From assembly GCA_023231475.1 (NCBI GenBank), contig JALJEE010002959.1:52611-72610 (forward strand): DNA of 20,000 bases, read 5' to 3'. Positions 18,445-20,000 of the stretch are shown here, one piece after another. The stretch is from Seison nebaliae. Its lineage: Eukaryota. A program made the position numbers and the translations under genes. How positions within the stretch are numbered: the first letter of the stretch is position 1; the number at the start of each line of letters is the position of its first letter. The notes below the pieces were generated by a model. The model did not search any database, was not told where the DNA came from, and saw only the letters and a program-made list of their open reading frames with translations.

Positions 18445-19776
18445 TTATTATTGATTGACTTAATTTAATTATGATTGAGACGACCTGATCTTTATTATAA
18501 TTCGCGACTTTCTTTCTCATCTCTTCATCTTTCTTAAATTGTTTCTTCGGGACTCTTCTCAATTCTCCTTTCATAGTTTGGATTTTGTTACCTCTAAATT
18601 TAAGTTTGTCTCAATTAATACTTGGGTTTTTTGTACACCCATGTGGCTTCTGGGAATAATGAATTTTAAACCATTATTTCCTCCTTCTACACCGTTATTG
18701 GTTCTAGGGAGATTAGAAACCACTCGGGTATAATTTGACCAGAGTTCAGGAGGAAATAATGGTGTGGTAAACCCAGAAAAAGAAGAATAGCCCACATAGT
18801 TTTTTTCGAAGTAGGAGAAAGTGTCTTTCACTAGGTTAACGCCATCAACTGATTCACCTATCTTCCGAAAAGCTAATGGAATGTCCTCGGGTGGGACAAA
18901 TGAAAGGGCCTTAAGCAATTGAATTTCTTTCTTATAACTCTTATTCGATTGATATTCTATTTTTTCCCCTAAACTTTGTACCTGTCTAATAATTGATTGC
19001 CCTAAATGGAAATAGCAACCGTGGATTGTTGCACTGGGGAAGACTAACCTAAACGCGTTAATTGTTGCTACCTCAAAATCTACTGTTATCGAACAAACTA
19101 TCCTGTTTCCTAAAAATTTCCTAAATTCCGAAAAAACCTCGACATAATGTTCCTGCCTTTTATTTTTCATAAAAACATATCCTAAGTTTATAAATTGATT
19201 CTCTAATAAAAATGAAATGACGTAAAGCTGGTAATATCCTAAAGGGGCCCTATCAAATGTGCCGTCCGCAAATAAATGGAGGTTGGTTTGTATTCTATCC
19301 CTAATTCTAATATTGAAATAAACTATAAACTCTTCCTTTGAAATTTTTCCTCCCTCTTGAAAAACCACTTCGTCCTTTTCTTGCTTTCTTCGAACATTTC
19401 TTGTAACCGATGAAATTCTTCCAAAAACGCTTTGTACGTCCACCGGCGCTTTTGAAAGTGTTCTGGCCACTATCCAGGATGGTGCTTCACTTGTGCATTT
19501 ACTTGCTTCATTTATCGTATTCTTCAATTCCAATGTCTCGATTTCCAGTTTCTCCATATCATACGAATGGTTGTGTCTCATATGTTTGATTTTCAAATTC
19601 TTATCGACACATATCATTGCCTTGCAGCTTTGTGATGTTTTATGTTGTCTACAGTACCAGGGGGAACTTCCAGAACTGACATAATCTTTCTTTTTGTAAT
19701 ATATAAATTCTTCGTTAACGATGGCAAGTTGGTTTCCCTTGGAACTCGGAATAAATCTTATATTGTTCATGATCAT
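18445..19776 (-). mobile_element. Mutator-like (MULE) DNA transposon transposase with N-terminal FLYWCH zinc finger; C-terminus frameshifted
   Basis: FLYWCH-like FIY..WYC..C..HNH. Catalytic D in FADGTF (19264-19266) followed by YQLYVI; D in TVDFEVA (19078-19080); GCYFH (CxxH); YFEKNYVG; PLFPPELWS; E in PRTNNGVEG (18685-18687). The expected C-terminal helix (KIQTMKG..KKQFKKDEEMRKKVANY..LSQSI) continues in the frame of ORF 18257..18574. No TIR pair found in the window. Confidence 0.9.
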
Positions 19777-20000
19777 GAAAATATTATACGCGTAGAAACA
19801 AAATTACCTTTTTATTTCAAATTTTGTAGTTCGTTCCTATCCTTTATATTTCTTTATATAAGAAATCGGAGAAATCATCTCTCATTCGAGTACTTGGTTC
19901 CAATCAATCTTAAAAATCATATTCCAAGATGCCGTGAACTAATTTCCAACGACCAATGTCGTGACTTTTTAATATTTATTTATCAATTACCCTATAGGGA

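Noticed and set aside
19777..20000. Terminal inverted repeat or TSD for the MULE
   Set aside because: No reverse-complement match found by eye in 17300-18450. The element end may lie outside the window or be deleted.
1..20000. CRISPR arrays, prokaryotic defence systems, tRNA/rRNA/snRNA genes, alternative genetic code
   Set aside because: No repeat-spacer periodicity or recognisable RNA gene motifs. Host genes translate cleanly in the standard code once introns are removed.

Overview
AT-rich, compact animal genomic DNA with spliceosomal introns of 45-77 nt. It is not prokaryotic, and no CRISPR, rRNA or tRNA was seen. Four + strand host genes lie in tandem: (1) the 3' part of a LAR-type (type IIa) receptor tyrosine phosphatase with tandem D1/D2 domains; (2) an 8-exon DEG/ENaC (ASIC/FaNaC-like) channel; (3) a single-ORF, 2191-aa Integrator subunit 4 (INTS4) homologue, over twice the usual length; (4) a 3-exon Bsx/Bsh homeobox gene whose homeodomain is absent from the ORF track. 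After ~16.05 kb there is a transposon cluster: a heavily deleted Ty3/gypsy-like pol relic (+), a LINE ORF1-like relic (-) and a FLYWCH-MULE transposase (-). The last two read as one chain linked by three -1 frame shifts. Most notable: 9 of 10 reconstructed introns start GTT rather than GTA/GTG; the LAR D1 general-acid loop is WPE and its D2 P-loop splices to HCN; the channel has a large Cys-free finger insertion; INTS4 is greatly expanded. All family calls come from recognising motifs by eye, not from database searches, and the taxon cannot be fixed from the sequence.
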